DNA from: Eledone cirrhosa
Lineage: Eukaryota
Assembly (NCBI GenBank): GCA_964016885.1
Contig: OZ024744.1
Coordinates: forward strand, 128,092,001 to 128,156,000
Direction of reading: 5' to 3'
Length of the DNA: 64,000 nt
Under the pieces are notes generated by a model. It saw nothing but the letters and a program-made list of their open reading frames with translations. It did not search any database and was not told the origin of the DNA. Position numbers and translations under genes: made by a program. This document shows, piece after piece, positions 62,401-64,000 of this stretch. Position 1 is the stretch's first letter. Each line of letters begins with the position of its first letter.

Positions 62401-64000
62401 AGTTAATTTGGGGTTAAGTTAAGTTGGGGTTAAGTTAAGTTGGGGGTAAGATAAGTTGGGGCTAAGTTAAGTCGGGGCTAAGTCAAGTTGGGGTTAAGTC
62501 AAGTTGGGGTTAAGTCAAGTTGAGGTTAACTTAAGTTGGGGTTAAGTTAAGTTGGGGTTAAGTTAAGTTGGGGTTAACGTAAGTTGGGGTTAAGTTAAGT
62601 TGGGGCTAAGTTAAGTTGGGGCTAAGTTAAGTTGGGGCTGAGTTAAGTTGGGGTTAAGTTGGGGTTGAGTTAAGTTGGGGTTAAGTTAAGTTGGGATTAA
62701 GTTAAGTTGGGGTTAAGTTAAGTTCGGGTTGAGTTAAGTTGGGGTTAAGTTAAGTTGGGGTTAATTTAAGTTGGGGTTAAGTTAAGTTGGGGTTAAGATA
62801 AGTTGGGGTTAAGTTAAGTTGGGGTTAAGTTAAGTTGGGGTTGAGTTAATTTGGGGTTAAGTTAAGTTGGGGTTAACTTAAGTTGGGGTTAAGTTAAGTT
62901 GGGGTTAACTTAAGTTGGGGGTAAGTTAAGTCGGGGTTAAGTTAAGTTGGGGTTAAGTTAAGTTGGGTTTAAGTTAAGTTGGGGCTAAGTTAAGTTGGGG
63001 CTAAGTTAAATTGGGGCTGAGTTAAGTTGGGGGTAAGTTAAGTTGGGTGTAAGTTAAGTTGGGGTTAAGTTAAGTTGGGGTTAAGTTAAGCTGGGGTTAA
63101 GTTAAGTTGGGGTTAAGTTAAGTTGGGGTTAAGTTAAGATGGGGTTGAATTAAGTTGGGGTTGAGTTAAGTTGGGGTTAATTTAAGTTGGGGTTAAGTTA
63201 AGTTGGGGTTAAGTTAAGTTGGGGTTAAGTTAAGTTGGGGGTAAGTTAAGTTGGGGTTAATGTAAGTTGGGGTTAAGTTAAGTTGGGGTTAAGTTAATTT
63301 GGAGTTAAGTCAAGTTGGTGTTAAGTCAAGTTGGGGTTAAGTCAAGTTGGGGTTAAGTCAAGTTGGGGTTAAGTTAAGTTGGGGTTAAGTTAAGTTGGGG
63401 TTAAGTTAAGTTGGGGGTAAGTTAAGTTGGGTGTAAGTTAAGTTGGGGTAAGTTAAGTTGGGGTTCAGTTCAGTTGGGGTTAAGTTAAGTTGGGGTTAAG
63501 TTAAGCTGGGGGTAAGTTAAGTTGGGGTTAAGTTAAGTTGGGGTTAAGTTAAGTTGGGGTTAAGTTAAGTTGGGGTTCAGTTAAGTTGGGGTTAAGTTAA
63601 TTTGGGGCTGAGTTAAGTTGGGGTTAAGTTCAGTTCGGGTTGAGTTAAGTTGGGGTTAAGTTAAGTTGGGGTTAAGTTAAGTTGGGGTTAAGTTAAGTTG
63701 GGGTTAAGATAAGTTGGGGTTAAGTTAAGTTGGGGTTAATTTAAGTTGGGGTTGAGTTAATTTGGGTTTAAGTTAAGTTGGCCTTAACTTAAGTTGGGGT
63801 TAAGTTAAGTTGGGGTTAAGTTAAGTTGGGGGTAAGTTAAGTTGGGGGCAAGTTAAGTTGGGGTTAATTTAAGTTGGGGTTAAGTTAAGTTGGGGTTAAG
63901 TTAAGTTGGGGGTAACTTAAGTTGGGGTTAAGTTAAGTTGAGGGTAAGTTAAGTTGAGGTTAAGTTAAGTTGGGGTTAAGTTAAGTTGGGGGTAAGTTAA

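Larger units (their letters stand above)
1..64000 (+). repeat. Tandem satellite / telomere-like array, 16-bp monomer GGGGTTAAGTTAAGTT (~4,000 copies, single orientation, extends past both window ends)
   Basis: The consensus unit is seen throughout (e.g. 1321-1370, 34501-34590). Variants are mostly single substitutions plus occasional 11-, 15- and 17-bp units. No non-repeat interruption or inversion was seen. Confidence 0.99.
42845..64000 (+). repeat. 13.29-kb tandem duplication (copy 1 ~42845-56130; copy 2 from ~56130, truncated by window end)
   Basis: Offset 13289 for TTAGCC 44712/58001, TTTGCAG 45432/58721, AAAATGTGG 45783/59072 and ACG 47128/60417. Offset is 13273 after a one-monomer difference: TTGGCC 48847/62120, TTAAGATGGGGTTGAA 49861/63134. 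Confidence 0.9.

Noticed and set aside
1-64000. Protein-coding ORFs
   Set aside because: Each monomer has two TAA triplets on each strand, and the 16-bp period rotates them through all frames, giving about two stops per 48 nt in every frame under the standard code.
1-64000. Repetitive ORF under the ciliate code (TAA=Gln; consensus would read GVKLSWGQVKLGLSQV)
   Set aside because: There is no evidence for that code. The period is not a multiple of 3, indels are tolerated, TGA variants occur, and I saw no synonymous-site bias.
1-64000. CRISPR array or other repeat-spacer system
   Set aside because: There are no unique spacers, leader or cas genes; the monomers abut directly.
1-64000. Variants as a deliberate code or synthetic data storage
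   Set aside because: The pattern is adequately explained by point mutation plus nested duplication; there is no fixed frame or variable position.
1-64000. Variants as random sequencing error
   Set aside because: The same rare variants recur in the same order at constant offsets, which independent errors would not produce. Assembly-level duplication remains possible for the near-identical blocks.

Overview
The whole 64 kb window is one uninterrupted, head-to-tail tandem array of a 16-bp monomer, GGGGTTAAGTTAAGTT (minus strand AACTTAACTTAACCCC), about 4,000 copies in a single orientation. I found no unique sequence, gene, RNA gene, transposon or CRISPR array. The monomer is a telomere-like TTGGGG followed by two TTAAG pentamers, so the + strand is strongly G/T-rich and nearly free of C. 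The information lies in rare variant monomers, which act as barcodes for a nested duplication history. There are runs of the same variant in adjacent monomers, then units of 368 bp, 544 bp, about 1.6 kb, 2,108 bp, about 3.4 kb, about 4.1-4.2 kb and 13.29 kb, and a loose 20-22 kb super-period. Other details are a short templated patch near the 13.3 kb junction and a cluster of G>T changes private to one lineage of copies. The best reading is a eukaryotic satellite or telomere-like terminal array maintained by recombination or template switching rather than fresh telomerase synthesis. The organism and chromosomal position cannot be determined from this window. All offsets were read by eye from marker positions, and block boundaries are approximate.
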